From an uncultured Spirochaetota bacterium (GTDB taxonomy: Bacteria > Spirochaetota > Brevinematia > Brevinematales > JAOACQ01): a stretch of 64,000 nt of DNA. Shown in pieces: positions 1 through 10,708 of the stretch. Numbering within the stretch: the first letter of the stretch is position 1; every line of letters starts with the position of its first letter. The notes beneath the pieces were generated by a model. It was given only the letters and a program-made list of their open reading frames with translations, searched no databases and was not told the DNA's origin. Both the position numbers and the translations under genes were made by a program. The DNA is taken from the NCBI GenBank assembly GCA_963783575.1, contig CAWAOD010000011.1:416001-480000 (forward strand), given 5' to 3'.

Positions 1-1139
1 CGGAATTCATTCAAAGCCGGGTCTTTTTCAAAATTATACTTGATCTGTTCAAGATTATCTCCGCCATACCGGCGGATAAGCGCGTTGGCTATATCAAAAG
101 CAACAGAATTTTCTATAACTACTCCGCAGGCCGCTACGGCAGTTACATCAGAACGTTCTGTAACAGCGGGTTCATCGGTTTTACTTATAATATCAACTGT
201 TTGTAAGGGCCTCATCAGTGTAGGTATGGGCTTCATAACTGCCCTGAAGATAATGGGACTTCCGGTTGACATTCCGCCTTCTATGCCGCCGGAACGGTTA
301 GTTTTCCTGAAAAATTGATTCATAGATTTATCAAAAAATATTTCATCATGAGCGCTTTTACCGCTTATTCCGGCAGATGCAAATCCGAGTCCGAATTCTA
401 TACCTTTAACAGCCTGAATGCTTAAGACCGTTTTTGCAATGCAGGCGTCCAGTTTTTCTTCAAATGTCTGATAACTGCCGAGAAACGGCGGGACAGGTGA
501 TATTATTGTCTCGATTATTCCGCCGATTGTATCGCCTTCGGTTTTTGCCTTATCGATTAAATCTTTAATTTTTTTCACGGTTTCAGAATCACAGGCACTA
601 CGGAGATCAGATTTTCCAACCTTTTCCCTTATTTTCTGCAGGCTCAATCCCGAATCATCAATTTCAATTCCTCCCCAATTCACGACATGTGAAAATATTT
701 CTACACCGAATTCCATAAGGAACTGTTTAATAAAGGCGCCTCCGGCAACCCTTGCGGCGGTTTCCCTGGCGCTTGATCGTTCAAGGACTTTACGTATATC
801 ATCAGTCAGGCCGAATTTATATGCTCCAGTAAGATCTGCATGGCCGGGACGCGGCTTATATACAGGGTCGGGATGCTTGTTTCGCCAGTTTTCCCAGTCT
901 TTATTCCAGATAATCATTGTTACCGGGGAACCTGTTGTTTTTTTGTCCATAACCCCTGAAATAATCTCTGCTCTGTCGGATTCAATTTTCATTCTTTCTC
1001 CGCGGCCGTAACCTCCTTGACGCCTTATCAGTTCCATATTTATTAAATTCTCATCGATTTTCAGGTTTGACGGAATTCCTTTTATCATAACCGTCATGCC
1101 TTTTCCATGAGACTCACCGGATGTAATATATTCAATCAT
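1..1139 (-). CDS. aroC: Chorismate synthase (3' end runs off the window)
   Basis: Manual translation from ATG 1139: MIEYITSGESHGKGM..., RRQGGYGRG, PRPGHADL, ERSSARETAARVA, ERSDVTAV. AGGAG RBS upstream. Absent from the ORF track because it has no stop in the window. Confidence 0.97.
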   Translation of the reverse strand, partial: MIEYITSGESHGKGMTVMIKGIPSNLKIDENLINMELIRRQGGYGRGERMKIESDRAEIISGVMDKKTTGSPVTMIIWNKDWENWRNKHPDPVYKPRPGHADLTGAYKFGLTDDIRKVLERSSARETAARVAGGAFIKQFLMEFGVEIFSHVVNWGGIEIDDSGLSLQKIREKVGKSDLRSACDSETVKKIKDLIDKAKTEGDTIGGIIETIISPVPPFLGSYQTFEEKLDACIAKTVLSIQAVKGIEFGLGFASAGISGKSAHDEIFFDKSMNQFFRKTNRSGGIEGGMSTGSPIIFRAVMKPIPTLMRPLQTVDIISKTDEPAVTERSDVTAVAACGVVIENSVAFDIANALIRRYGGDNLEQIKYNFEKDPALNEF

Positions 1140-1196
1140 AATCAAACTCCTGTAATATCAGTAAGCCAGTTTGCTATTGGGTGATATTCCTGGCTG

Positions 1197-1236
1197 TTGA
1201 CTAATTGACTAATTAACTGAAAGACTAACCGACTGA
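1197..1236. repeat. Five tandem degenerate 8-mers (NNGACTRA)
   Basis: ttgactaa ttgactaa ttaactga aagactaa ccgactga in the aroC upstream region. Confidence 0.7.
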
Positions 1237-1491
1237 AATTTTGTTTAATATTTTAAATCAGTATAAGATATTACTCAAGATAAATATTTGTCATTTCAAA
1301 TTCAAACTTGATAATTAAAAATTTTATTACTATATTATATTAAAGTAATGAAAATATTTTATAGTGAAAAATAAACGAATCTTTAAGGATAATTAATTAT
1401 TTTTTATAATATGTGGAAAATCTTTTTGCATAATTAAAGATTCATCAATTTAATAGGTATAAAGTAAGATTTAAGCAAAAGGTAATTTATT

Positions 1492-3195
1492 ATGAAAGTT
1501 AAATTGATTTTTTTCTTAATTGTAATTTTAGGATTTTATGGGTTGGCAGCCGGCGATAGTAATATAGATTTAATAAATCCCGATGGAAAGGAAATTTCAG
1601 GTATTCAAACCGGCAATGATGTAACAATACTAATACCGGTGTATGATGATATTTATTATAATGATAAAGATTATCGTTTGAAATCCGCAAAATTGCTCAA
1701 TAATACCTGGTTTGATCTTGCCGATGGCAATAGGATATTGTTAAAAGCCGGTTACCGGATTAATTTTTATAAAGATGGAAGCCTTCAGAGCGCTATTTTA
1801 GCCCGGGATGCTTCATTCGGAAATGTCGGAGCATTTTATGCCGGGACTAAAATTGAACTTTATCCTGATGGAAAGTTAATGAGGGCTTATATACTTTCAT
1901 CTGATCATAGAATGGAAATTCTTACTAACTATTCTTCTTTAAAAATTAGCGGTAATACGGATATGATCAGCATAAAACTTCCTGTGGATAAAAAACAGGT
2001 TGAAAACCCGAATGATCAGAATTATAATGCCGGTAAAAGCTCTGATTATAATAAGCCTGCCGGTGTTCCGCAGAATAAACTTGATCCCGATAAAAATCTT
2101 AAAGATGTGTTTTATTATGACAGCGGAATAGTCAAATCAGGTAAACTTCTGTCCAATTTGCATTTTACGCTTCCAGGCAGAAAAACCATACTTCTAAAAG
2201 AAAATACGCCGGTTCAATTTTATGAAAATGAAAATCTTCAATCCGGGACATTAGCTGAAGAGGCAGTTTTTAATGAAATTGCTTTTGACGCCGGAACCAT
2301 AATTGATCTTTATCTTGATGGTAAATTTAAAAGAGCGGTATTGAAACCGAAGGAAAAAGAAGCGGAACCTTCTTTTCCGGAAGCAAAAGTGGTTATTGAA
2401 ATTAATAATAAAATTTACAGATTCAGAGATTCAGGTTTGATAAAAGAAGGCAGATGGTTCAGACTGGCGGGGGACACCGTTTTTTCAGGTATTTTATTTA
2501 AAGATAATTCTATATTATTTCTGGATTCGGATAATACTCTTCTTGAAGGACAGCTTGCCAGGGATCAAAAGATAGGTGTTGATGCTGATAATTCATATTG
2601 GTTTAAAGGAGGTACGGTACTTTCATTTTACACCAATGGAAATATAAAAAGCGGAACTTTATCAGGAAGCCAGAAAATAAATATTGGATCAGGTAATGAT
2701 AGCTCATTAGTCGAATTTAAAAAAGATACTGAAATAACGTTTTATAACGATGGAAACATATTAAGCGGTTTTATTTCGGGACCAGCCAGGATTAAAGGTG
2801 TCAGATTTCCAGAAGGATCTCAGGTATTTTTTGATTCCGATGGTAACACAAAACTGGCAAAGCCTTCAACGGAAATAAATATTTTTGGAATATCATATCA
2901 GCCGTCTTCTGAATTACAAAAGCAGAATATTGTACTTTTTTATAAAAATGGGCTTGTTAGAATGGCTTTACTTTCCGGCAGCCAGTATATAGATATTGTC
3001 AAAAATAGAAAATCAACTTCTGCCCTTTTTAAAGACGGCACTTATATAGAATATTATGAAAACGGAAATGTAAAGAACGGTATTTTAGCCGGAGTGATTG
3101 AAATCGACGGAAAAAGATATCCTGCAGGGACCTATCTTGAGTTCGATCAGGAAGGCTTGGTAACTGTCGTCTCAGAACCGGATTCTTCGGATTGA
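1492..3195 (+). CDS. Secreted repeat protein (about 10 FxxGTxIxFYxNGxLxSGxL units, MORN/YwqK-like)
   Basis: N-terminal signal peptide; recurring (F/Y)(Y/D)xxGx(L/I/V)xSG motifs; duplicated module of about 75 aa in the N-terminal half. Confidence 0.75.
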   Translation: MKVKLIFFLIVILGFYGLAAGDSNIDLINPDGKEISGIQTGNDVTILIPVYDDIYYNDKDYRLKSAKLLNNTWFDLADGNRILLKAGYRINFYKDGSLQSAILARDASFGNVGAFYAGTKIELYPDGKLMRAYILSSDHRMEILTNYSSLKISGNTDMISIKLPVDKKQVENPNDQNYNAGKSSDYNKPAGVPQNKLDPDKNLKDVFYYDSGIVKSGKLLSNLHFTLPGRKTILLKENTPVQFYENENLQSGTLAEEAVFNEIAFDAGTIIDLYLDGKFKRAVLKPKEKEAEPSFPEAKVVIEINNKIYRFRDSGLIKEGRWFRLAGDTVFSGILFKDNSILFLDSDNTLLEGQLARDQKIGVDADNSYWFKGGTVLSFYTNGNIKSGTLSGSQKINIGSGNDSSLVEFKKDTEITFYNDGNILSGFISGPARIKGVRFPEGSQVFFDSDGNTKLAKPSTEINIFGISYQPSSELQKQNIVLFYKNGLVRMALLSGSQYIDIVKNRKSTSALFKDGTYIEYYENGNVKNGILAGVIEIDGKRYPAGTYLEFDQEGLVTVVSEPDSSD

Positions 3196-3250
3196 AGTAA
3201 AAGGGTAAAAAAGCAAATTCAACAAGCGTGCCGCTTGACCCGGGTATGAT

Positions 3251-3421
3251 TCCCCGTAGTTTACGGAGTTTATCCCGAGCGAGCCGAGGGGCTACCTATC
3301 AAGTTGGTTTCCTGCTATTCTGCATTTATTATACCCTGCACTTGCTGCAGGTATTGTTTAAATAACACTTGATAAGTTTAATGAACGGGACGACAGAGCC
3401 TGCCCTAAGGAATCGAATGGG
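3251..3421. repeat. Cluster of short palindromes and degenerate REP-like elements
   Basis: ccgta-gtt-tacgg; cccgagcgagccgaggg (3274-3290); ataccctgca-cttgc-tgcaggtat (3331-3354); gcctgccctaaggaatcgaatggg (3398-3421). GC-rich islands in an AT-rich spacer. Confidence 0.55.
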
Positions 3422-3449
3422 CTTACTGCATAATAAAGGAGTATTTGAA

Positions 3450-4220
3450 TTGGAAATAATGAAAGGCGCTGAGTCATTTATTTATGATAATAATTCGGAA
3501 ATCGGCGTTTTGCTGATTCATGGCATTAGCGGATCGCCTTATGAAATGTCATACCTTGGCAGCAGATTTTCAGGCGCGGGATTTAATGTTTTGGCTCCCC
3601 GCCTTACAGGGAACGGAACCCAATGGCAGGATTTAAACCGGATTAATTACACAGACTGGATCGGCGATGTTGAGACAGCTCTGGTTACTTTAAAAAAAAT
3701 ATCATCTCAAATCTTTACCGCCGGGTTATCTATGGGCGGCGCCCTGACTCTATATTTAGCCGAGAACCATCCTGAAATCAAAGGGATAATAGCAATAAAT
3801 CATGCGCTTTTGCTGAATAATCCGGCATTGTTTTTTCTGCCGGTAATAAAATATTTTATGCCCTATACAAAAAAGAAAAATAGCAGTATCAGCCGTTCAA
3901 TCAAGGATAAAAGCGTAAACCTTGTAACATATGACAGGATGCCTACCGGAGGAGTCAATCAATTGTTAAAATTAGTCAAAATAGTAAAAAAGGATTTATT
4001 TAAGATTAAACAGCCGGTATTGGTCTTCAAATCAATAGAGGATTCCAAATTAATGGGCGGGTTAAGAAATGCCGAATATACCCTCAAACATATAAGCTCG
4101 AAATCTAAAGAGCTTGTGCTGTTAAAGAATTCATACCACATAGCAACTATGGATTTTGATAAAGAAATTATTTGCGGGAAAAGTATTGAGTTTATCAGGA
4201 ATATTCCACATATCGAGTAA
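3450..4220 (+). CDS. Alpha/beta hydrolase, monoacylglycerol lipase / Est30-like carboxylesterase
   Basis: GVLLIHG, GLSMGG nucleophile elbow, SYHIATMDFD catalytic His. AAGGAG RBS favours TTG 3450 over the track start 3369. Confidence 0.88.
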   Translation: MEIMKGAESFIYDNNSEIGVLLIHGISGSPYEMSYLGSRFSGAGFNVLAPRLTGNGTQWQDLNRINYTDWIGDVETALVTLKKISSQIFTAGLSMGGALTLYLAENHPEIKGIIAINHALLLNNPALFFLPVIKYFMPYTKKKNSSISRSIKDKSVNLVTYDRMPTGGVNQLLKLVKIVKKDLFKIKQPVLVFKSIEDSKLMGGLRNAEYTLKHISSKSKELVLLKNSYHIATMDFDKEIICGKSIEFIRNIPHIE

Positions 4221-4293
4221 AGTATTGAAGGGCTTGCTTAATACACCGCAAGCATTTTAAAATCCGGTTGCCGATTATATGGGAGGATTCGTT

Positions 4294-5810
4294 ATGGATC
4301 GTCTTAAAAAATATGTCGGTGCGATCGACCAGGGTACAACCAGCTCCCGATTTATAATATTTAACAGGCAGGGAAGTATAGTATCATCCCATCAGCTGGA
4401 ACATAGTCAAATCTATCCGAAACAGGGTTTTGTCGAGCATGACTGCCTTGAAATTCTGTCAAAAACTTATCAAACAATCCGGATAGCCATGGAAAAATCC
4501 GGTATTGAGGCAGGTGAAATAGCCTCGATAGGGATCACAAACCAGAGGGAGACAACTATTGTCTGGAATAAAAAAAACGGGAAGCCTTACTGCAACGCAA
4601 TTGTCTGGCAGGATACCCGTACCGCTGATATCTGTGATGAATTATCTAAAGAAGGGGTAAACGGCCAATACAGGTTTGCAGGTAAAACCGGTTTGCCTCT
4701 TGCCACCTATTTTTCAGGTCCAAAAATCAGATGGATTCTTGATAATATTCCGGGTGTTAAAGAAGATGCATTGAAAGGAGAAGCGATTTTCGGGAATATC
4801 GACTCCTGGCTGATATGGAATCTTTCAGGTGGCCCTAACGGGGGAGTTCATATGACGGATGTTACTAACGCAAGCCGGACAATGTTGATGGATATTAAGA
4901 CTCTTCATTGGGATGATGAAATGCTTGAAATTATGGGAGTGCCTCGGAATATGCTGCCGGAAATTTCTTCATCAAGCATGGTCTACGGATATACAAAGCC
5001 GGATGGACCGTTTGGCGGGATTATTCCTATAACAGGGGACCTTGGGGACCAACAGGCGGCGCTTTTCGGACAGACCTGCTTCGATGAAGGGGAGGCAAAA
5101 AACACATACGGAACCGGCTGCTTTCTCCTGTTAAATACTGGCCAATCTCCGGTTTATTCCAAAAATGGGCTCCTAACAACAGTCGGCTATAAAATAGGCG
5201 ATGAGCCTGCAGTCTATGCGCTTGAAGGGTCTGTAGCAATAACAGGGCTCTTGTACAGTGGCTCCGCGATAATCTTGGAATGATATCATCATCACCACAG
5301 ATCAGCGAACTTGCGGCCTCAGTTAAGGATAACGGCGGCGTTTATTTTGTTCCTGCGTTTTCAGGTTTGTTTGCGCCATACTGGAAAAGTGACGCCAGAG
5401 GGTTGATAATCGGTCTTACAAGATTTGCCAATAAAGGGCATATAGCAAGGTCTGTGCTGGAAGCAACCGCATTTCAGACCCGTGAAGTATTTGAGGCTAT
5501 GGAAATGGACTCGGGCATAAAACTGAAAAACCTTAAGGTTGATGGTGGAATGGTTGCCAGTGACATACTTCTTCAGTTCCAGGCTGATATACTCGGAGTT
5601 CCCGTCATACGTCCGAAAGTGACTGAAACAACCGGGCTTGGTGCAGCTTATGCGGCAGGTCTGGCAGTCGGTTTCTGGAATAATAAGGAAGAACTTAGAT
5701 CCAACTGGGCTGTTGATAAGGTGTGGAATCCGTCAATGGAAAAAAGAGAGAGCGAAAAAATGTATCATTTCTGGAAGAAAGCAGTTGAAAGGACTTTCGG
5801 CTGGGTATGA
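4294..5810 (+). CDS. glpK: Glycerol kinase, frameshifted at GGG 5245-5247
   Basis: [36 protein letters not shown]. One added G restores [15 protein letters not shown] and joins ORFs 4279..5283 and 5280..5810. Confidence 0.96.
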
Positions 5811-6062
5811 GCTTTCCCGGCGATAGTCTGCCTTAATTTGATAATTTTTTTGTATATTATCGGGAATCATGGCCGGTTTTTTGGAACTGGTGGTCCCAAT
5901 ATCAGAAAAAAACATATCCATGTAAGAATGCCCCTGATATGACAGGCGTTAAAGACTGTAAATATGTTTTGGTAGTGCGGCATTATGTCGCTCGCGGAAC
6001 TAGCGTTCTGAACTAGGGCAGAATACTTCACCAGTTTGATAGAATGATTTGTTTAATTCAAT

Positions 6063-6101
6063 CTCTTGAGGTACAAGAGTAATAACCTCGTACCTCAAGA
6101 G
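6063..6101. terminator. Hairpin between convergent glpK and fba
   Basis: ctcttgaggtac ... gtacctcaagag, a perfect 12 bp inverted repeat 10 bp past the fba stop. Confidence 0.65.
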
Positions 6102-6111
6102 CAGTGTAATA

Positions 6112-7119
6112 TTATTTCTTTAAAAGCTTCATAATTTCAGGGGCTCTTCCGGCGCTACCCAGCACATTTTTATTTTTTGCCATATACATCTGCTTTAATG
6201 CTTCCCTTGCAGGTCCAAGATATTTCCTGGGATCGAACTCTTCGGGCTTGGTTGCCAATACTTCCCGAATCTTTGCAGTCATAACCAGCCTTCCGTCGGA
6301 ATCGATATTAATCTTACAGACTGCCGATTTTGCGGCCTCTCTGAGTTGAGGTTCTGGGATGCCTATGGAATCTTTTAGTTTTCCGCCGTATTTGTTTATC
6401 GTGGCAACGGCTTCCGGTGGAACTGAAGAAGATCCATGTAGAACAATCGGAAAACCGGGCAGTTTCTTTTCAATCTCATGCAGAATATCAAGCCTTATTT
6501 CGGCTTTCTGGCCAGGTTTAAATTTATAAGCGCCATGAGAAGTTCCGATAGCTATTGCAAGCGAGTCGACTCCTGTTTTACCGACGAAATCCTGGACTTC
6601 TTCAGGTCTTGTATAAGTATGGTGTTCAGCTTTAACTTCATCCTCAACACCGGCAAGGACACCCAATTCACCTTCAACTGTAATATCAAATTTATGGGCG
6701 TATTCGACAACTTTTTTGGTTAGTGCGACATTTTCTTCATAAGAATTATGGGAACCGTCGATCATAACGGATGAAAATCCGGAATCGATGCATGAAACGC
6801 AGGTTTCATATGAATCGCCATGATCCAGATGAAGGGTTATTGGTATTTCTCCCAGACCTTTATCTTTTGCGGCTTTCTTCATCATCTCAACCACGCCCTG
6901 GCCCATATAACGAAGAAGGGTTTGATCCGCATAATCTCGTGCGCCTTTTGAAACCTGCAGTATTACAGGGGATTGGCTTTCAAGACAGCCCATAACGATG
7001 GCCTGAAGCTGTTCCATGTTGTTAAAATTATAAGCCGGAACAGCAAACCCGCCTTTTACTGCCGCCTGGAACATTGCCCTTGTGTTAACGAACCCTAAAT
7101 CCTTAAAACTGACTGACAT
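6112..7119 (-). CDS. fba: Class II fructose-1,6-bisphosphate aldolase
   Basis: AYNFNNME, LHLDHG, SSVMIDGS, VEGELG, GTSHGAYK, VLHGSSS, KINIDSD. Confidence 0.96.
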   Translation of the reverse strand: MSVSFKDLGFVNTRAMFQAAVKGGFAVPAYNFNNMEQLQAIVMGCLESQSPVILQVSKGARDYADQTLLRYMGQGVVEMMKKAAKDKGLGEIPITLHLDHGDSYETCVSCIDSGFSSVMIDGSHNSYEENVALTKKVVEYAHKFDITVEGELGVLAGVEDEVKAEHHTYTRPEEVQDFVGKTGVDSLAIAIGTSHGAYKFKPGQKAEIRLDILHEIEKKLPGFPIVLHGSSSVPPEAVATINKYGGKLKDSIGIPEPQLREAAKSAVCKINIDSDGRLVMTAKIREVLATKPEEFDPRKYLGPAREALKQMYMAKNKNVLGSAGRAPEIMKLLKK

Positions 7120-7321
7120 TTTATTTCTCCTTATTTAAAATAAAAATATTTTCAGCAAGTGTACCGCTTAATTATTATATAAAATACGAATACAATGCCA
7201 TATTGTCAATTGTGCGCCCCCCTTTTGTTTCATTTGCGCTCACCACAGGCACTAGTTTTGGGCAGACTTCTTTTGAATCCAAGATACAATTTCTCAAAGC
7301 TTTGCTTCGAGCATACACTAT

Positions 7322-8137
7322 TTAAATTAAATCGCCGGTTAAGCTGTAAGCGTTTTTATAAAAGATCATTTCTTCATCATTTTTCTCAAAATGAAGATTC
7401 TTAATTTTTTCAAATATATTAATTTGCCTTTGCCAGGGAAAATCACTGCCGAAAAGGATTTTTTCCGCGCCATGCCCTATTATAATCTCCTTCATCTGTG
7501 CCGGATTCATTTCCTCCGAAAAAGCTGTGTCGAAAAATACGGAAGGCAGGCCTATAAGATATTTTTCAACGTCATTCCAGGTTTGATAACCTCCCATATG
7601 TGCGCAAACTATTTTTAAATCGAAGATTTCCGCTACCTGTGCAAATCTTCGCGGAGTCCCATGGATTTCTTTAAATGCAAGGTCTCTTCCACCGTGAAAA
7701 AGTATAATCATTTTCATTTTGTTGCAAGTTTCATATATTTCGGCCATTTTTGGATCGTCGGGGTAAAAATCCTGGTATTCGGGATGAAGTTTAATTCCCT
7801 TTATTCTATTTTCCGAAAGGTATTGAATTTCATCTTTAACCGATCCGAAATTCTTAAAATCCGGATGCATAGCGCCGAAAGATATTACATTGTTACCCTG
7901 ATTATTCAATTCAGCCATTTGCCTGTTAATTGTTTTAACCTGTTCGGCTTTTGTCGCTACAGGCTGATTAATTGCATAATTTATGCCGTCTTTTTTCATG
8001 TATTCCTTCAGAGAATCCAGGCTTCCGTTGCCGTTCGGTTTAATCCCGGCGGCTTTGCTAAGGGAAGCGATGGCTTTTTCATGGATATTATCAGGGAAAA
8101 AATGTACATGAAAATCGATAACCTGTAAACCGTCCAT
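7322..8137 (-). CDS. Amidohydrolase_2 family TIM-barrel metallohydrolase
   Basis: DFHVH, GIKLHPEYQ, AHMGG, FDTA, LFGSDFPW. Start overlaps the alr stop. Confidence 0.88.
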   Translation of the reverse strand: MDGLQVIDFHVHFFPDNIHEKAIASLSKAAGIKPNGNGSLDSLKEYMKKDGINYAINQPVATKAEQVKTINRQMAELNNQGNNVISFGAMHPDFKNFGSVKDEIQYLSENRIKGIKLHPEYQDFYPDDPKMAEIYETCNKMKMIILFHGGRDLAFKEIHGTPRRFAQVAEIFDLKIVCAHMGGYQTWNDVEKYLIGLPSVFFDTAFSEEMNPAQMKEIIIGHGAEKILFGSDFPWQRQINIFEKIKNLHFEKNDEEMIFYKNAYSLTGDLI

Positions 8138-9273
8138 TACCTCTTATCCTCTTTCCTCAAGTAAATTCTTGGAACCCTTTTTGAAATATCGCATGTTACT
8201 TCGTAGGGGATTTTATTGCACATCTTAGCGAATTCTTCAACCCTTATCTTGTCATTTCCAAAAATAACCGCTTCGTCACCTACTACAATGCCGTTTGGGT
8301 TGCTTCCAAGGGAAATCATAGTATAATCCATGCAGATTCTGCCTGCTACCGGATAATAAGCATTTTTAATATAAACCTTGCCCTTGTTGGAATATGTTGT
8401 CGGTATACCGTCCGCGTAACCTATTGGAAGAACGGCAATATATTCCTCATCCTTCTGGATCTTATAAGTTCTCAAGTAGCTTACGGTATCCCCTTTTTTT
8501 AATTTGTTTATAACCAGGATCTTTGTTTTTAATGTCATAGAATTCAGCAGATGTACTTCTTTATTTGATGTATAACCGTATAAAGCCAGGCCGGTTCTGA
8601 CCATTGTAAACGGGGATTTAGTCGTTTCAGGTATATTGAAAATTGCTGCGCTGTTTGCTATATGGAAATGCCTTACCTTAATTTCATATTTTTTCAATTC
8701 ATGGGCAAGTTCTTTTATTTTCTCTATCTGAAAAGCGGAAAATTCCGGATCGGTATCTGCCGATGGAAAGTGGCTATATATTCCGTCAACTATAATTCCT
8801 TCCATTTTCGAAATCTGCTCGATATCAAGCAGCGCTTTTTCATATGGAATTCCAATTCTGCCCATTCCGGTGTCTATTTTAATATGCACTTTCGGGTAAA
8901 TACCACGGTAACGGTATGCGTCGGAAAGTTCCCTGGCATATTCCACGCTTATAACTGTCGGATAGATGTTAAATTCGATAAGCTTGCCGAATTCGGCAGG
9001 TTCAACCGGCCCTAAAAGAAGAATTGGGGATGATATGCCTGAACTGCGGAGTTCCATTGCTTCGTCAATATTTGATACAGCAAGGTATTCCACACCGAGT
9101 TTTAATAATTCCTGTGAAATGGATACGGCGCCATGACCATAAGCATCGGCTTTTACAACTCCCATAAGCTGTATCTGATCATTACATTTATTTTTGATAA
9201 CCTGAAAATTATATTTAATCGCATCCATATCTATTTCGGCCCAGGTCGGCCTGTGAGACTTATATAGATACAT
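8137..9273 (-). CDS. alr: Alanine racemase
   Basis: VVKADAYGHG (PLP lysine), KIDTGMGRIG, IGYADG, GRICMD. Confidence 0.96.
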   Translation of the reverse strand: MYLYKSHRPTWAEIDMDAIKYNFQVIKNKCNDQIQLMGVVKADAYGHGAVSISQELLKLGVEYLAVSNIDEAMELRSSGISSPILLLGPVEPAEFGKLIEFNIYPTVISVEYARELSDAYRYRGIYPKVHIKIDTGMGRIGIPYEKALLDIEQISKMEGIIVDGIYSHFPSADTDPEFSAFQIEKIKELAHELKKYEIKVRHFHIANSAAIFNIPETTKSPFTMVRTGLALYGYTSNKEVHLLNSMTLKTKILVINKLKKGDTVSYLRTYKIQKDEEYIAVLPIGYADGIPTTYSNKGKVYIKNAYYPVAGRICMDYTMISLGSNPNGIVVGDEAVIFGNDKIRVEEFAKMCNKIPYEVTCDISKRVPRIYLRKEDKR

Positions 9274-9341
9274 AATATCCCCCGTTTGATATGCATTAAC
9301 CGGTATTATGATAAAATTAAACTAATATTTTTACAAATATT

Positions 9342-10343
9342 TCATAATTGTTCAAGAACTTTTTGAATTAATGTATCTTTAAACTTTTCATAATCCATTT
9401 TATCCGTTTTACACCCGGCAGCCCTCATGTGACCTCCCCCATTGAAATATAAAGCAATCTTGGCCACATCGACATTATATTTGCTTCTTAGACTGGCGGA
9501 AAATAAGTCAGGTTTTTTTTCTTTAATGAATATATATACCGATACGCTTTCGATCATTCCCAGGTATTCTATAATGCCATCGGTATCAACATCTTCAACA
9601 TCTCTGAAATCATTATAAAATAATGAGGAAATGACTATTTTATTATCCTGGTGCATCTCCAGCCTAGATAATACAAGCGCCAGAAGTTTAACATATGAAA
9701 GGCTTTTATTCTGGTTTAAATAAATATTGAAATCAGAAGGCACAACTCCCTTTTTCAATAAATCGGCGGTAATCAAATGAACCTCGGGGTGCATGCAGTC
9801 GTAACGGAAAGACCCGGTATCTGTGATAATTGATATATAAAGATCGACAGCGATATTATAACTGATTTCTATATTATTCTTTTTGAAAAAATAATATAAT
9901 AATTCACCGATACTGCAAGCATTTTCCAAGACTATATTTAAATCTCCGAAATTTGTGTTTCCTTCATGGTGGTCAATATTTATGATCTTTTGTTTTTTAA
10001 TAAATTTTCTTATGTCACCGATTCTTTCAATATCTCCGCAGTCGACAATGATTACGAGATCATATTCATCTGATGTTACTTGAGTTTCAGTGATATTAGT
10101 TATTAATTTTAAATTTGGAAGAAATTGGTAGGATTTGGGAATATCTTCGCTCCAGGCAATTATAAATTTCTTCTTTATAGATAAAAGATATTCTCCGAGA
10201 GCTAATTGACTGGCAATATCATCACCGTCAGGATTTATATGCCCGGCGACAATAATTCCCTTTGAATTCTTTATAAGATGTAAACAATCTTTCAGCTTGT
10301 TATCAAGATTCAGGTAATTCATCTTTCTCAGCAAGTTTTTCAT
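9342..10343 (-). CDS. nrnA: DHH/DHHA1 nanoRNase / pAp phosphatase
   Basis: HINPDGDD, IDHH, TDTGSF, GGGHMRAAG; usual position after rbfA. Confidence 0.92.
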   Translation of the reverse strand: MKNLLRKMNYLNLDNKLKDCLHLIKNSKGIIVAGHINPDGDDIASQLALGEYLLSIKKKFIIAWSEDIPKSYQFLPNLKLITNITETQVTSDEYDLVIIVDCGDIERIGDIRKFIKKQKIINIDHHEGNTNFGDLNIVLENACSIGELLYYFFKKNNIEISYNIAVDLYISIITDTGSFRYDCMHPEVHLITADLLKKGVVPSDFNIYLNQNKSLSYVKLLALVLSRLEMHQDNKIVISSLFYNDFRDVEDVDTDGIIEYLGMIESVSVYIFIKEKKPDLFSASLRSKYNVDVAKIALYFNGGGHMRAAGCKTDKMDYEKFKDTLIQKVLEQL

Positions 10344-10692
10344 TGTTAGTAATTTCCTTTAGTTTAAAATACATAGAAACTCCCTCTTCAATTGAGTTAG
10401 AGCTTTCAAAATGTATCCGTGGAGCCCATTTAAGCCGGAGTTCTTTGCTGACTATAGAACTGATATATCCAGAAGCACTATTAAGAGCTTCAAAAGTTTT
10501 CAGGTTTTCAATTTCATTATTGCCGAAAATACTGACAGTTACTTTAACATGTCTCATATCATTGCTGATAGATGCATCAAGAACCGAGACCATTGAAATT
10601 ATACGCGGATCTTTTAATTCCCTTGAAATAATCTCGCTGATTTCTTTCATAAGTGTTTTATTGATCCTTTGGATCCTTCTATTATTTGGCAT
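10303..10692 (-). CDS. rbfA: Ribosome-binding factor A
   Basis: ELKDPRI, LNSASGYI, LRLKWAPRIHF; follows infB. Confidence 0.93.
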   Translation of the reverse strand: MPNNRRIQRINKTLMKEISEIISRELKDPRIISMVSVLDASISNDMRHVKVTVSIFGNNEIENLKTFEALNSASGYISSIVSKELRLKWAPRIHFESSNSIEEGVSMYFKLKEITNNEKLAEKDELPES

Positions 10693-10708
10693 AAATTTTT
10701 TTTATCCT

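Noticed and set aside
1414..1430. Sigma54 promoter (tggaaaatctttttgca) before the repeat protein
   Set aside because: GG to GC spacing is 11 bp rather than the required 10.
5811..6060. Small ORF or remnant between glpK and fba
   Set aside because: It overlaps the glpK end antisense and has no RBS or recognisable motif.
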